A stretch of 64,000 nucleotides of DNA from assembly GCA_015059865.1 (NCBI GenBank), contig SUZP01000004.1:2300-66299 (forward strand), read 5' to 3'. The notes beneath the pieces are model-generated. The model was not told where the DNA came from. It searched no databases and worked only from the letters and a program-made list of their open reading frames with translations. Each line of letters opens with the position of its first letter. The stretch's first letter is position 1. Of this stretch, positions 19,460 to 29,498 are shown piece by piece. This DNA comes from Rikenellaceae bacterium. Its GTDB lineage: Bacteria; Bacteroidota; Bacteroidia; Bacteroidales; Rikenellaceae. Position numbers and translations under genes: made by a program.

Positions 19460-19467
19460 TACTTTTG
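19460..19467 (+). promoter_or_regulatory. -7 box of dnaG, preceded by TTAATTY heptads
   Basis: TACTTTTG ends 6 nt before the ATG at 19474. Confidence 0.6.
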
Positions 19468-19473
19468 TACCCG

Positions 19474-21450
19474 ATGATTGATAGAGATACCATAGATAGA
19501 ATCTATGCCGCGGCAGATATTGTCGAGGTGATAAACGACTATGTTACGCTCAAACGCAAGGGCGTAAACTATCAGGCGTGCTGTCCGTTCCACAACGAAA
19601 AGACGCCTTCGTTTGTCGTATCCCCATCGAAAGGTATGTTCAAGTGTTTCGGTTGTGGTAAGGGTGGAAATGCTGTGTCGTTTGTGATGGAGCACGAAAA
19701 TATCACCTACCCCGAAGCTCTGAAAATAGTAGCCAAGAAGTATGGCATCGAGGTCAAGGAGCGCGAGGAGACCGAGGAGGATAAAGTCCGCAACAACAAC
19801 CGCGAAAGTATGTTTATACTCAACTCGTGGGCGGCGGATTACTTCGTAAATACACTTCACAACACAGACGAAGGTCTTAGCGTAGGCTTATCATATTTCC
19901 GCCAGCAGCGAGGTTTCTCGGAGGCGACAATCAAGAAATTCGGACTTGGTTTCTGCCCTTCGGGTGGCGACAAGATGTCGCAAGATGCCTTGCGCGCCGG
20001 CTACAAGGAGGAGTTTTTGCTTTCGACAGGTCTTTCGCTAAAAAGCGAGCGCGACAACTCCCTATTTGACCGTTTCCGCGAGCGCGTGATGTTCCCCGTA
20101 CACAATGTTTCGGGGCGCATCGTGGCTTTTGGAGGTCGTACACTCCGCACCGACAAGAAGGTCGCCAAGTATCAGAACTCACCTGAGAGCGAGATTTACA
20201 GCAAGAAGAACGAGATTTACGGATTATTCTTCGCAAAGAAGGCTATTCAGCAGCAGAACTACGCCATAATGGTCGAGGGCTATACCGATGTTATCTCGAT
20301 GCACCAGTCGGGTGTAGAGAATGTTGTAGCCTCGTCGGGAACATCACTTACGACCGAGCAGATACGACTCTTGTCGCGCTTCTCGAAGAATATTACCGTG
20401 ATGTACGATGGCGACTCGGCAGGTCAGAAGGCGTCGCTGCGAGGTATTGATATGATTTTGAAGGAGGGCTTGAATGTTCGCGTGGTGCTTCTGCCCGTTG
20501 AACACGACCCCGACTCATTTGCTCGCTCGCACTCCGCCGAGGAGGTGCGTGATTATGTAGAGCGCAATAGTCAGGACTTTATCTCATACAAGGCGAAATT
20601 GCTCCTCTCCGATGCGGGCGATGACCCGATAAAGCGCAGCGAGGTTATTCGCGATATGGTGCAGTCGATAAGCGAAATACCCGATACGATACAACGCTCG
20701 CTCTACATTAAGGAGTGTTCGCGCCTGATGAATATGAGCGAGGATGTTTTGGTTACCGAGGTAGCCAAGCACCGAGCAAACTCGGTGGGCGACCGCGAAG
20801 CGAGTGAATTTATACAGCGCGAGAGCCGTCGTTACTGGAAAAACCGCGAGGAGCTGCCACTGAGTGAGGAGGGTGAGCACTTCGGCAATCTGACTATTGG
20901 CAGTAGCTTGGAGTCTATCGAGCGCGAGTTGATATACTATCTTGTTGTTCACGGAACGAAAAACTACGAATATCGCGAGGGGCGCAAAATCATAGAGATG
21001 AATGTTACAGAGACTATTCTCGACGAGATATCCGTGGATGATATGCACTTCCATAACAGCGCCTACAACAAGATATACGAAATCTATCGTGAGGCTCGCA
21101 TTGCAGGGCGTACCCCACAACTCGAAGAGTTCTCATCGCACAGCGACATAGCGGTCTGCGACGCTGTCACCGACTTGATGTTTATCGACGACCAATACTC
21201 CGAGAGTGAGATTTGGACAAAGAAGGAGGTGCACACCACGACCGAGTCGGAGGTCTTGGGCAAGGGCGTTCCGAAGGCGATACTTCTCTTTAAGACCAAG
21301 GTCGTGTCGGCGCGACTATTCGAATTGCAGGCGGCGCTTGAACGCGAAGATATCAGCGAGGAGGAGCAATTAGAAATCGCCTCGGAGATGGTAAATCTCA
21401 ACCGTCTGAAAGTGATATTGGCAAAAAAGACCAATCGATTGACGATATAG
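19474..21450 (+). CDS. dnaG: DNA primase
   Basis: CPFH.EKTPSF/CFGC zinc finger, FGGR, KYQNSPE, VEGYTDV and YDGD.AG TOPRIM motifs. Confidence 0.97.
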   Translation: MIDRDTIDRIYAAADIVEVINDYVTLKRKGVNYQACCPFHNEKTPSFVVSPSKGMFKCFGCGKGGNAVSFVMEHENITYPEALKIVAKKYGIEVKEREETEEDKVRNNNRESMFILNSWAADYFVNTLHNTDEGLSVGLSYFRQQRGFSEATIKKFGLGFCPSGGDKMSQDALRAGYKEEFLLSTGLSLKSERDNSLFDRFRERVMFPVHNVSGRIVAFGGRTLRTDKKVAKYQNSPESEIYSKKNEIYGLFFAKKAIQQQNYAIMVEGYTDVISMHQSGVENVVASSGTSLTTEQIRLLSRFSKNITVMYDGDSAGQKASLRGIDMILKEGLNVRVVLLPVEHDPDSFARSHSAEEVRDYVERNSQDFISYKAKLLLSDAGDDPIKRSEVIRDMVQSISEIPDTIQRSLYIKECSRLMNMSEDVLVTEVAKHRANSVGDREASEFIQRESRRYWKNREELPLSEEGEHFGNLTIGSSLESIERELIYYLVVHGTKNYEYREGRKIIEMNVTETILDEISVDDMHFHNSAYNKIYEIYREARIAGRTPQLEEFSSHSDIAVCDAVTDLMFIDDQYSESEIWTKKEVHTTTESEVLGKGVPKAILLFKTKVVSARLFELQAALEREDISEEEQLEIASEMVNLNRLKVILAKKTNRLTI

Positions 21451-21471
21451 ATATCTCCTGTCTAATAAAGT

Positions 21472-21506
21472 AAATGATGCAAAAAGCGGCGCTTTTTGCA
21501 TCATTT
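21472..21506. terminator. Bidirectional terminator between convergent genes
   Basis: 16-bp perfect inverted repeat AAATGATGCAAAAAGC/GCTTTTTGCATCATTT. Confidence 0.75.
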
Positions 21507-21528
21507 CATTGTACCATTACCTGCATCA

Positions 21529-23661
21529 TTACCTTGTATTGCTACCCTTCTTGGAACGAATATTATACATATCGTAGCCTACGCGTCGAATGGCATTGAT
21601 AGTCTCGTAGTATGGTCTGTCGCAAACATCGGTAAACCCGACATTGAAGTTTTCGCCATCGAAACGGCCTGTGGTCGCTTGGTCTGAGAACTGATGCCAG
21701 TGAGTGCCCACGATATTAGGATGCTCCAAAGCCGAACGAACATAGGCTTCGTATGCCTTGCCGCGCTCCTCCTGACTCTTAACCTCCAACAATGAGTGGT
21801 GGAAGAGTCCACGGTCGCGAGTACCGAAGTGGAATTCGCCAACAATCATTGGTTTATCAACACCTTCGGGTTGTTTGTAATCTTCGAGGGTGAAGAAGTA
21901 GTAGTTGTGGCTTATCGCATCGCAATATTGTGCACCAATGACAAGAGCCCTTTGATTGGACCCAGCGAAACGGCAACCGAGGTACAACACTCCCGGAGCA
22001 TACTCATCGAACACCTCGCGACATACACCGAAATACTTGTGGATAATCTTGTCATTGAACTCTACGAGGTCGCGATGTGCACGCTTTGGCACAGGCTTAA
22101 CATTGTTGAGCAGAGCATCCCACGAATCGAATGATGTTCCCCAGACTGCGTTCAACATCGTGATATCCTCTTTGTACTTTGCCTTATAGTGCTTTACCAA
22201 CTCCTGCTTTCCAAGCAATGTCGCAGGATTTTGTGCCATCTTCACTGCAAGAAAACTACTATCACCCCATCGTAGCTCGTTATCCACAAAAAGGCCTACG
22301 AGATATGGGTCCTTCAAAGCCTCTTCACGGTCTTTGAGTTGGTCGATAATGCTCTGGCGGAAGCTTGGGTCGAATGGATCACGGAATGGCCACCAACCTC
22401 CAATGCCCTTGATAGGCACACCGCGTGCCTCCAAACGCTCGATATATGGAGTCTTAGACATTAGGCAGATATCCTTGTCCGAAGAGTTTGCTATGGTATT
22501 CAGTCCCCAGCTCTGCAAGCGGCGATGTGCCAACTCGGCGTAGATATTCTTGTAATCCTTGCCATACTTGCGATAGCAGTTTGCCGAGGAGAAGTCATAA
22601 GTCTCCTTAATTTTTCGAGCTGTATAGTAAGGTTTAAGCAACGAATCCTGAGTGAAATAGAATTGCTCAAATTCAGAACCAGCCTTTGGCAAATTCTCGA
22701 AATAATGGTGGCGGTTGTCGAGAGGTGTCACACCCGAAGATGTAGTTACTCTCACTACGCCGTGCGACCACCAAAGACGACCTTCTGGGTCCACAAACCA
22801 CCACTTGCCATCATACTTCTCAAAGCGGAAGCGACCGGTTGCCTTCAACTGCGGGCCATTTGCCCAGCCGCCATACTTGTTGCGGTCGGTAGGGCCCTTG
22901 TGAGCTGCGAGGTCGGCCTCCTCCTCTTCGCGTGCCTTTTGCAAATCTGCATCCGAGTGAGTTTTGCCCGGCCACTCATTATACTTGTACTGTCCGTATT
23001 GGTCGATAAATGGGAAAAACTCATTATAAGACATATATACCTCTTTCGGATTCTTCACGCGCTTACCCGGAATCACTTGAAGATTGCTAATTCGCAAACC
23101 TTTTTTCGGCATAGTGTGTGGCATCGAGATATAGTTTGTCGAGAACGAGATGATACGCACATTGGTAAGGTCTCCCTCGTAGGAGTGAAAGCCAAACTCA
23201 CTCGAATATGGGGTATAACGCATCCCCGTAAAAGATTTTGCCACATCGGGATGTTGCAGTGGCTCAGGGAAGTTCAACACCACCTCGCGTTTCTCGTGCG
23301 GCATAAGATAGTAGATATCTCCCACTATATTAGGAACATATCGACGGGTCTTAGTGATATTCTTTCGCGAAGGAGCAATATAGAGATGGACTCGAATAGG
23401 TTTTTCATCAAGATTTTCAAGCGTGAATGAAAGCGCCTTATACTTCGTAAAATCAAACTGTTTGTCAATGGTCATACGAAGAGTTCTTGCCCCCTTAGCA
23501 GGTACGATAGTAACATCATTTTCTTCAATTACCAGACTCGCCTTATGACTCTTTAAGCACTCACGAGGTGTGTCGGCAACAAGTCGAATAGCTCTCTTTG
23601 CCTCGACCGACAAAACACCTGTTATAAATACAGCAGATAGGATAAGTAGTAGTTTTTTCAT
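21529..23661 (-). CDS. Secreted GH50-like (beta-agarase family) glycoside hydrolase
   Basis: Signal peptide; PFIDQYGQY, ATGRF, GKWWFVDPEG, FVDNE (acid/base), GEFHFG (nucleophile), GTHWHQ and GENFNVGF motifs. Confidence 0.85.
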   Translation of the reverse strand: MKKLLLILSAVFITGVLSVEAKRAIRLVADTPRECLKSHKASLVIEENDVTIVPAKGARTLRMTIDKQFDFTKYKALSFTLENLDEKPIRVHLYIAPSRKNITKTRRYVPNIVGDIYYLMPHEKREVVLNFPEPLQHPDVAKSFTGMRYTPYSSEFGFHSYEGDLTNVRIISFSTNYISMPHTMPKKGLRISNLQVIPGKRVKNPKEVYMSYNEFFPFIDQYGQYKYNEWPGKTHSDADLQKAREEEEADLAAHKGPTDRNKYGGWANGPQLKATGRFRFEKYDGKWWFVDPEGRLWWSHGVVRVTTSSGVTPLDNRHHYFENLPKAGSEFEQFYFTQDSLLKPYYTARKIKETYDFSSANCYRKYGKDYKNIYAELAHRRLQSWGLNTIANSSDKDICLMSKTPYIERLEARGVPIKGIGGWWPFRDPFDPSFRQSIIDQLKDREEALKDPYLVGLFVDNELRWGDSSFLAVKMAQNPATLLGKQELVKHYKAKYKEDITMLNAVWGTSFDSWDALLNNVKPVPKRAHRDLVEFNDKIIHKYFGVCREVFDEYAPGVLYLGCRFAGSNQRALVIGAQYCDAISHNYYFFTLEDYKQPEGVDKPMIVGEFHFGTRDRGLFHHSLLEVKSQEERGKAYEAYVRSALEHPNIVGTHWHQFSDQATTGRFDGENFNVGFTDVCDRPYYETINAIRRVGYDMYNIRSKKGSNTR

Positions 23662-23728
23662 AGAGTTTTAATTTATCTATTTGCATAACAAAGGTAATAG
23701 ATATATTTTATTTCTCAAAATTAGAGCA

Positions 23729-23761
23729 TAAAAAGGTGTGCCCCGAAAAAAGGGCACACCT
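23729..23761 (-). terminator. Terminator of the PspC operon
   Basis: AGGTGTGCCC/GGGCACACCT stem with a U tract on the - strand. Confidence 0.7.
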
Positions 23762-23789
23762 CTCCATCGAAAAAATTGCTTATGGTTGT

Positions 23790-24983
23790 CTACTTATCGA
23801 TAGACTTTGCGTTGTTATCTTTCAAGAGTTGTTGGATGAGAGCCTTCTCATCGTCGTCTAACTCTTCGTTCAATTCCTCCATAATCTGTCGGGATAAGTC
23901 GTTTCCGTTCCCACCCTTCTTCATTATGCGCTCTATCTCGCTATCTGACGAGAATGTTGCGAATGAACGATTTTCGGCATAGTCAATACCTGCAAAGATT
24001 GTTCCTAAGAGGAGCAAAATCCACGCCAAGATTGTTACGAGAAGCACCCACCAACGCGGTTTTTTATTTATCAGCAGAGTAATAAATAGGTAGCCAATAT
24101 AGATTGCAGGGACCAAGATTAGCAGTAACGCAAAAGCCATCAATGGCACACCAACCTCATTTGCAGCATCAATAACACCTGCAAAGTTGCCTATATCGAC
24201 TATAAACAGTTCACCTACACCTGCCGTAATAACAACGAGCGAAAGCAGTAGGAAAAATACGACAAATGCGACAGGGAATAGCAGGAGTCCGAGCAACACC
24301 TTCATCACAATCACCATAAAGCGACCAAAAGTTGTTACTACCGAAGCTACACTCGACTTCGCCTGCTCCTCCTGCGTTGCTCCTTGGCGGTTGGCAATGG
24401 TGCTGGCAGAGATAGGCTTACCCTCTGCTTCGAGCTTCTGACGAGCCGACTTTGCCTCTGGAATGGCAAACCACAAGATAAGGTAGGTTATAAAAAAGAC
24501 AGCGCAGAGATTGCCACCGAGTGTGGATAACCAATGGAGGAATGGTGCGCCAATCACTACAAGAATAAGTGGTGATGCCATAGCCAATCTAATCCACACT
24601 GCATCAACGCCGAAATGTTTTGCCAAACCAGCGCAGACACCGCCCAACTTTGCATTTTCGAGGTCGCGGTAGAGGCGGCGCGGAATACGACTCTCGCTGC
24701 TATTGCCCGCCTTCTCCTCCTCGCCCGAAATAGCCTCCGGCGAGCCGAGTTGCTCGATGATATTCTCGATAATCGGCAGTGTTACAACGCACTGTGCATC
24801 GCTCTGTGCCGAGAGTATCAACTCGGCAATACGAGCCTCGATATCCGCCAAAATCTCCTCGCTGTCGGGGCTATTTTTGTACGCCTCTTTAAGCGATGCA
24901 AGGTAGTTATTCAGACGGTCGTATGCCGCCTTCTCAAAGGTGAAACCAACACCCGAAATACTGCATTTTTTAATCTCGTTCAT
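23790..24983 (-). CDS. PspC domain membrane protein (long form)
   Basis: EILADIEARIAE N-terminal domain, RRLYRD...LGGVCAGLA PspC motif, several TM segments. Confidence 0.9.
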   Translation of the reverse strand: MNEIKKCSISGVGFTFEKAAYDRLNNYLASLKEAYKNSPDSEEILADIEARIAELILSAQSDAQCVVTLPIIENIIEQLGSPEAISGEEEKAGNSSESRIPRRLYRDLENAKLGGVCAGLAKHFGVDAVWIRLAMASPLILVVIGAPFLHWLSTLGGNLCAVFFITYLILWFAIPEAKSARQKLEAEGKPISASTIANRQGATQEEQAKSSVASVVTTFGRFMVIVMKVLLGLLLFPVAFVVFFLLLSLVVITAGVGELFIVDIGNFAGVIDAANEVGVPLMAFALLLILVPAIYIGYLFITLLINKKPRWWVLLVTILAWILLLLGTIFAGIDYAENRSFATFSSDSEIERIMKKGGNGNDLSRQIMEELNEELDDDEKALIQQLLKDNNAKSIDK

Positions 24984-24994
24984 ATCTGTTCCTC

Positions 24995-25855
24995 CTACTT
25001 TTTACGAATTGAACTTGCTCCTGTATTGGAGGTTATATTTACTTGACAATCACCACTATAAATAATTGACGATGCACCCGAAGCCGAGGCGTTCAGCAGT
25101 TGCAGACACTCCACCGCTATTGCCGAAGCTCCGCTTGCTTGCGTAGTGCATTGAACGCCAATTGCCGAAGCCTTCGATGCCCCCGAACATTCGAGGTCGA
25201 GGGTTGCGGTGCGCATCTTCTCGGCACGCAAGGTCGATGCCCCCGACAAATCTATCTCGGCATCTGTAACCTGTCCCGTAAGGGTGGCTACCGAAGCCCC
25301 CGAGAGGTCGATATCGAGGTCATCGGTTGTCAATACTGCCTTAATTGTTGAAGCCCCCGAAGCATCTATCGATACCTCCTTTGCCGCTGCTGTAACCTCA
25401 ATTACCGAGGCGGAAGTTGCCTCCAAATCCAACTCTTTGCACGAGATTGTCGGCTTGACAATCACGCGAGCAGCCGCAGATGTTGTAATCTCGTTTATCT
25501 TGCCGTTGTAAGGCACATAGACCTCTGCCAAAAGGTTAGAACGGCGCGATACGGGCGTACCCGAAAGTAGTGTGGCGTAGAGTGTGCCGTCTTTGACTTT
25601 GAGCGATACATACGGAATAACCGATTGCGGTGCGCGAACGATGATATTGCCCGTAGTGCGCTCCTCAACGATAAGGCGAATGGCCTTCGATACCTCTATC
25701 TCGTTGAAATCCATTGCTGAACGGCGAGCCTCCATTACAATCTTGTGCTCGTTAGCGATTGCGATGCCGGTCTTGGTGTTTGCTTCGCCATCACCCTGTG
25801 CAAATGCTGTTGTGCAAAGCGCAGAGAGAATAAGTGTATAGACTAATCGTTTCAT
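24995..25855 (-). CDS. DUF2807 / GIN-domain beta-helical exported protein
   Basis: Signal peptide; repeated SGAS motifs. Confidence 0.85.
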   Translation of the reverse strand: MKRLVYTLILSALCTTAFAQGDGEANTKTGIAIANEHKIVMEARRSAMDFNEIEVSKAIRLIVEERTTGNIIVRAPQSVIPYVSLKVKDGTLYATLLSGTPVSRRSNLLAEVYVPYNGKINEITTSAAARVIVKPTISCKELDLEATSASVIEVTAAAKEVSIDASGASTIKAVLTTDDLDIDLSGASVATLTGQVTDAEIDLSGASTLRAEKMRTATLDLECSGASKASAIGVQCTTQASGASAIAVECLQLLNASASGASSIIYSGDCQVNITSNTGASSIRKK

Positions 25856-25869
25856 ACTTACAAGTTTAT

Positions 25870-26199
25870 TTATCGTTTATTTCTAATGTTATCAATCTGC
25901 TCCACAAGCGTATCCCACGCCTCGTCTAACGATGCGAGGTAGGTGCGCCCCTCGGCAGTCAGGGTGTAGTACTTTCGTGGTGGTCCCTGTATGGACTCCT
26001 CCCAACGATAGGTCAGGTAGCCGGCATTCTTCAATCGTGTCAGCAGAGGATAGAGCGTACCCTCGACCACAATCATTTCAGCCCTCTTCAACTCGGTAAT
26101 AATGGCCGGCGCATACGAATCGCCATTTGCCAATATCGCAAGCACACAATACTCCATTATGCCCTTGCGCATCTGTACTTTTATATTATCCTTCTCCAT
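25870..26199 (-). CDS. PadR family transcriptional regulator
   Basis: QMRKG, EGTLYPLLTRL and GPPRKYY motifs. Confidence 0.93.
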   Translation of the reverse strand: MEKDNIKVQMRKGIMEYCVLAILANGDSYAPAIITELKRAEMIVVEGTLYPLLTRLKNAGYLTYRWEESIQGPPRKYYTLTAEGRTYLASLDEAWDTLVEQIDNIRNKR

Positions 26200-26210
26200 A
26201 TTTTATTATT

Positions 26211-26272
26211 AATTGACAATTGACAATTGACGAATTGACAATTAAAAGTATTTTTATTTAGGCCTGCGGCGC
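26211..26272 (+). repeat. 62-bp dispersed AATTGAC element
   Basis: 58/62 identical to 7562-7623. Confidence 0.9.
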
Positions 26273-26277
26273 TTTAC

Positions 26278-26305
26278 TCTCGTCTCTCGTCTCTCGTCTC
26301 TCGTC
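26278..26305 (-). repeat. (GACGAGA)x4
   Basis: TCTCGTC x4 on the + strand, 7 nt after the stop codon of the short pspC gene. Confidence 0.92.
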
Positions 26306-26312
26306 TAATAAA

Positions 26313-26786
26313 TTACTCTTCCGGAATCAGCAACCACATAACGATATATACCCACAACGACATTCCGCCGAATATTATCAGGCAGAGCATAACAATACGC
26401 AAAGTCGTCGAGTCGGTGCCAAAATAGTTGGCTAAACCACCGCATACTCCCGCTATCGAACGGTCGGTGCGTGAACGGCGCAATAATTTTTGTCCCATAC
26501 CACTACTGTTTTTAGTTTCACTTTGATTCTCTGCTCCAAAATCGTCGGGCGTGCCGATGCGGGCAATGGCTCGCTCTACCATCGCGAGTGTCACTACCAT
26601 CATTGTCGATGGCCGTGCCTCACGAAGTATCTCGGCGATGCGAATCTCGATATCGTTCATCACCTCTTCGGTATCGCTCGCGATGCGGCGGCGCACATCG
26701 TTGAGGTAGATGGTCAGTCGGTCGTAGGCATCGCGGTCAAGCGTAAAAATCTGCTGCCCGATGTTTGCATTGATAGTCTCTTTCAT
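26313..26786 (-). CDS. PspC domain protein (short form)
   Basis: DIEIRIAE and LRRSRTDRSIAGVCGGLA motifs; C-terminal TM ending IPEE. Confidence 0.9.
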   Translation of the reverse strand: MKETINANIGQQIFTLDRDAYDRLTIYLNDVRRRIASDTEEVMNDIEIRIAEILREARPSTMMVVTLAMVERAIARIGTPDDFGAENQSETKNSSGMGQKLLRRSRTDRSIAGVCGGLANYFGTDSTTLRIVMLCLIIFGGMSLWVYIVMWLLIPEE

Positions 26787-26818
26787 ACCTTTTCTATATC
26801 TGTTTAATAGTTCACACT

Positions 26819-29260
26819 CTATAATCCTGTTGCACCCTTTGTGCCTCCTCCGATATTGTTTCCGCCATCGTCTGACTTGGCGTTTGTTCGCTTGACATAC
26901 AACCCTTGCTTACCGAAGTTGTAGCCCACCGATACCCTGATGCAGCGGCTAATATTGCTATTCGTCGCCCATTGACGAAAGGTCGGAGTGTCGGACTCAG
27001 TCTTGAAGGTTGTAGTTCGCGCGTGTGGATTATATACCGCAATGGCAATCTCCAACTTATCTTTGAGCAGCTTCTGCACAAAGTGGGCTTGTGTTCCGAA
27101 CACCCAATTCGTGCCCACGCTACCCATCTGTGGCTCCATACGCCAGAGATACTCTCCAAGCGTGAGTCTTGCACCCTTCCACAACGCAATCATCATATTG
27201 AGGTTGTGCGACAGGGTCCAGCCATTGCTCTCAATACCCTCGTCAGGCAACTTGTAGGCCAAGTGTCCACCTCGCACCGAGAGCGAGAGATTGAATTTCG
27301 ATGATGGGCGATAGGAGAGCGACACCCCTGCGCCATAACCACGCATACGACCGTGGTTACGATAGGTGGAGTTCACAAAACCCTCATCGTCAATAAACGA
27401 GTATGACGATATAAGGTTGTTCGAGAGGCGCGAATACAACTCACCCGTTGCGCTCCACTTATTGTCCGAATAGGAGTATTTGAGCGAGAGGTTATGCGTA
27501 ACGCCAGTGCGCAATTTCGGATTTCCATATTGTCGCTCGGCCAACCCCTCCTGCACAAATGGAGTCATCGCATAGATACCCGGGCGCGAGAGTCGCTCCG
27601 TGTAGGAGAAAGCGAGTGTGTGCCCCGTCTTTGGCAGATAGGTCAAGGAGATATACGGCACTACATTTACAAGCGAGGTGCTCCACTTCTCACGCTTATC
27701 GCTCTGATAGTCGGTTGCGTACCACGCCCCCTCCAAGCGACCGCCTGCACGCACCGAAAGTTTATCCATCGAGTAGGCGTAACCTGCATACACGCCGAGT
27801 ACATTGCGTGTCAGGCGCGTAGTACCCTGCGACTCGCCGAGTATGGCATCTGTCGCATCGCTGTTTGCTTGGTGCGTAGTTGTCAGCGTATTGTCGTACG
27901 AGTGCTTGGCACCTGCCTCAATGGTGTGGTGCTTGTTTATAGGGTTTATGTAGTCAATCTGCGCAACATTATTTACCATATTCACCCGTTTGTCTGTCAA
28001 TATCTTCGATGCGGTGATATCGCTACCATAGGGATTGTAGAGTTGCAACTGCATCTGCTCCTGTGGCGGAATAATCGAGATATTATCCGATATGGTCAGC
28101 GTATGTCCCTCGCCTTTGAAGGAGTGCTGATAACTTACCGTAGCATCTACGCCAAACCAATCGTGCGTATTGGTCTGTGGCGAGTTGTAGCCATATAGCA
28201 ACGCCTTGTTGCTGTCGAAATAGTCGTACTTGGCCCTGACATCGCTCTTCTGCTTGCCACCCCAAATGCCGACCTCAGCGGTAACGAGGTTTACCGAGTC
28301 AATCTGATAGCTTGCATTTACATTGCCATAGAGCGAGTAGTAGCCGTAACCATAGTCGCCATCGGCGTTCATATAGCGATAGCCTGCGCCATCAACCAAA
28401 TTCTCGAAATGGTTGCTTTGATATCCCACTACATCGCGATTTGCCCACGCCTGCGAGTAGTAGAGCGAGGTCGAAAGCGACAACTTCTTGGTCTGCACCG
28501 TAAATTGTGCCGAGTTGTTGGTGTTCCAGTTGCGATTAAACCAATTGCCGGCAGCAAGATTTATGCGACCATTGTAGCCATCAAACTTTGCCTTTGTGGT
28601 GATGATATTCAAAACACCACCCACACCCTCGGCATCGTACTTCATCGAGGGGTTTGTGACAACCTCGATACGCTTGATTGACGAGGCGGGCATACTCTTG
28701 ATAATATCGGCGAAGTTACGCGACATCGAGGAGGAGGTGTGACCATTCACAAGCACCTTGTAGTCGCTCTGCCCATTCATCAATACATTTCCGCTGGCAT
28801 CGAGCGAGAGCTGTGGCACCTTGCGGATGATATCTTCGAGCGTACTCGTCGAAGCCTCAGGGTCATCCTCCACCGAGTAGGTCAGCTTCTCTGCATCGGC
28901 CGTAACGATAGGCTTTTGAATGGTAACATTTACCGCATCCACCGCAACACCCTCAGTTATAACAATCTCGCCCAAATCTATGCGCTTACCCGACACCTCA
29001 ACTTGTCGCTTGTGGGTGTTATAACCCACCGCCGAGACCTCCAAAGTCATCTTGCCCGACTGCTCTGTTTCGAGCGAAAACGAGCCATCGGCTCGCGCTG
29101 CAACGGCCGCGACAATTGTGGTGTCACGCAAAAGTGCGACTGTGGCATAACCCACCTCCTTGTGGGAGGTCGCATCGGCCACTCTTCCCAGTAGAGTGCT
29201 CTTTGCCGATGCAAGCATTGTAGCCATCAACAATGCCATTGTTAGAAAAATTTTGCCCAT
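26819..29260 (-). CDS. Outer membrane beta-barrel protein, TonB-dependent-receptor-like with plug domain
   Basis: Signal peptide, carboxypeptidase-regulatory-like N-terminal domain, IKRIEVVTNPSMKYDAEG.GGVLNI plug motif, GNPKL and YNFG. Confidence 0.85.
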   Translation of the reverse strand: MGKIFLTMALLMATMLASAKSTLLGRVADATSHKEVGYATVALLRDTTIVAAVAARADGSFSLETEQSGKMTLEVSAVGYNTHKRQVEVSGKRIDLGEIVITEGVAVDAVNVTIQKPIVTADAEKLTYSVEDDPEASTSTLEDIIRKVPQLSLDASGNVLMNGQSDYKVLVNGHTSSSMSRNFADIIKSMPASSIKRIEVVTNPSMKYDAEGVGGVLNIITTKAKFDGYNGRINLAAGNWFNRNWNTNNSAQFTVQTKKLSLSTSLYYSQAWANRDVVGYQSNHFENLVDGAGYRYMNADGDYGYGYYSLYGNVNASYQIDSVNLVTAEVGIWGGKQKSDVRAKYDYFDSNKALLYGYNSPQTNTHDWFGVDATVSYQHSFKGEGHTLTISDNISIIPPQEQMQLQLYNPYGSDITASKILTDKRVNMVNNVAQIDYINPINKHHTIEAGAKHSYDNTLTTTHQANSDATDAILGESQGTTRLTRNVLGVYAGYAYSMDKLSVRAGGRLEGAWYATDYQSDKREKWSTSLVNVVPYISLTYLPKTGHTLAFSYTERLSRPGIYAMTPFVQEGLAERQYGNPKLRTGVTHNLSLKYSYSDNKWSATGELYSRLSNNLISSYSFIDDEGFVNSTYRNHGRMRGYGAGVSLSYRPSSKFNLSLSVRGGHLAYKLPDEGIESNGWTLSHNLNMMIALWKGARLTLGEYLWRMEPQMGSVGTNWVFGTQAHFVQKLLKDKLEIAIAVYNPHARTTTFKTESDTPTFRQWATNSNISRCIRVSVGYNFGKQGLYVKRTNAKSDDGGNNIGGGTKGATGL

Positions 29261-29290
29261 TATTCCTGTTATTTTGGTTCTCTGTCATCG

Positions 29291-29336
29291 CAAATATAAT
29301 GCATTTTTCAGTACTATGCAATAAAAAGTACTGAAA
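29291..29336 (-). promoter_or_regulatory. Promoter with palindromic operator, putative PadR site
   Basis: TATATTTG on the - strand (29291-29298); TTTCAGTACT-N11-AGTACTGAAA at 29306-29336. Confidence 0.65.
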
Positions 29337-29498
29337 TTTTTATAGGAAGTAACAAAAATCTGAGTATTTATTGTTTAACAATAATTACACCTATGTTTAT
29401 AATATCAAATGAGGCTCTTCAATTAATCTCTTATTTGACTACTTCGCTAATTTTTATTATCTTTGGGGGTTATTTGCAACTGTTTACTCTTGAATGAT

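Noticed and set aside
26819-29260. SusC-type transporter forming a PUL with the GH50 gene
   Set aside because: It lacks SusC signature motifs and a SusD partner, and is separated from the GH50 gene by the PspC operon and a terminator.
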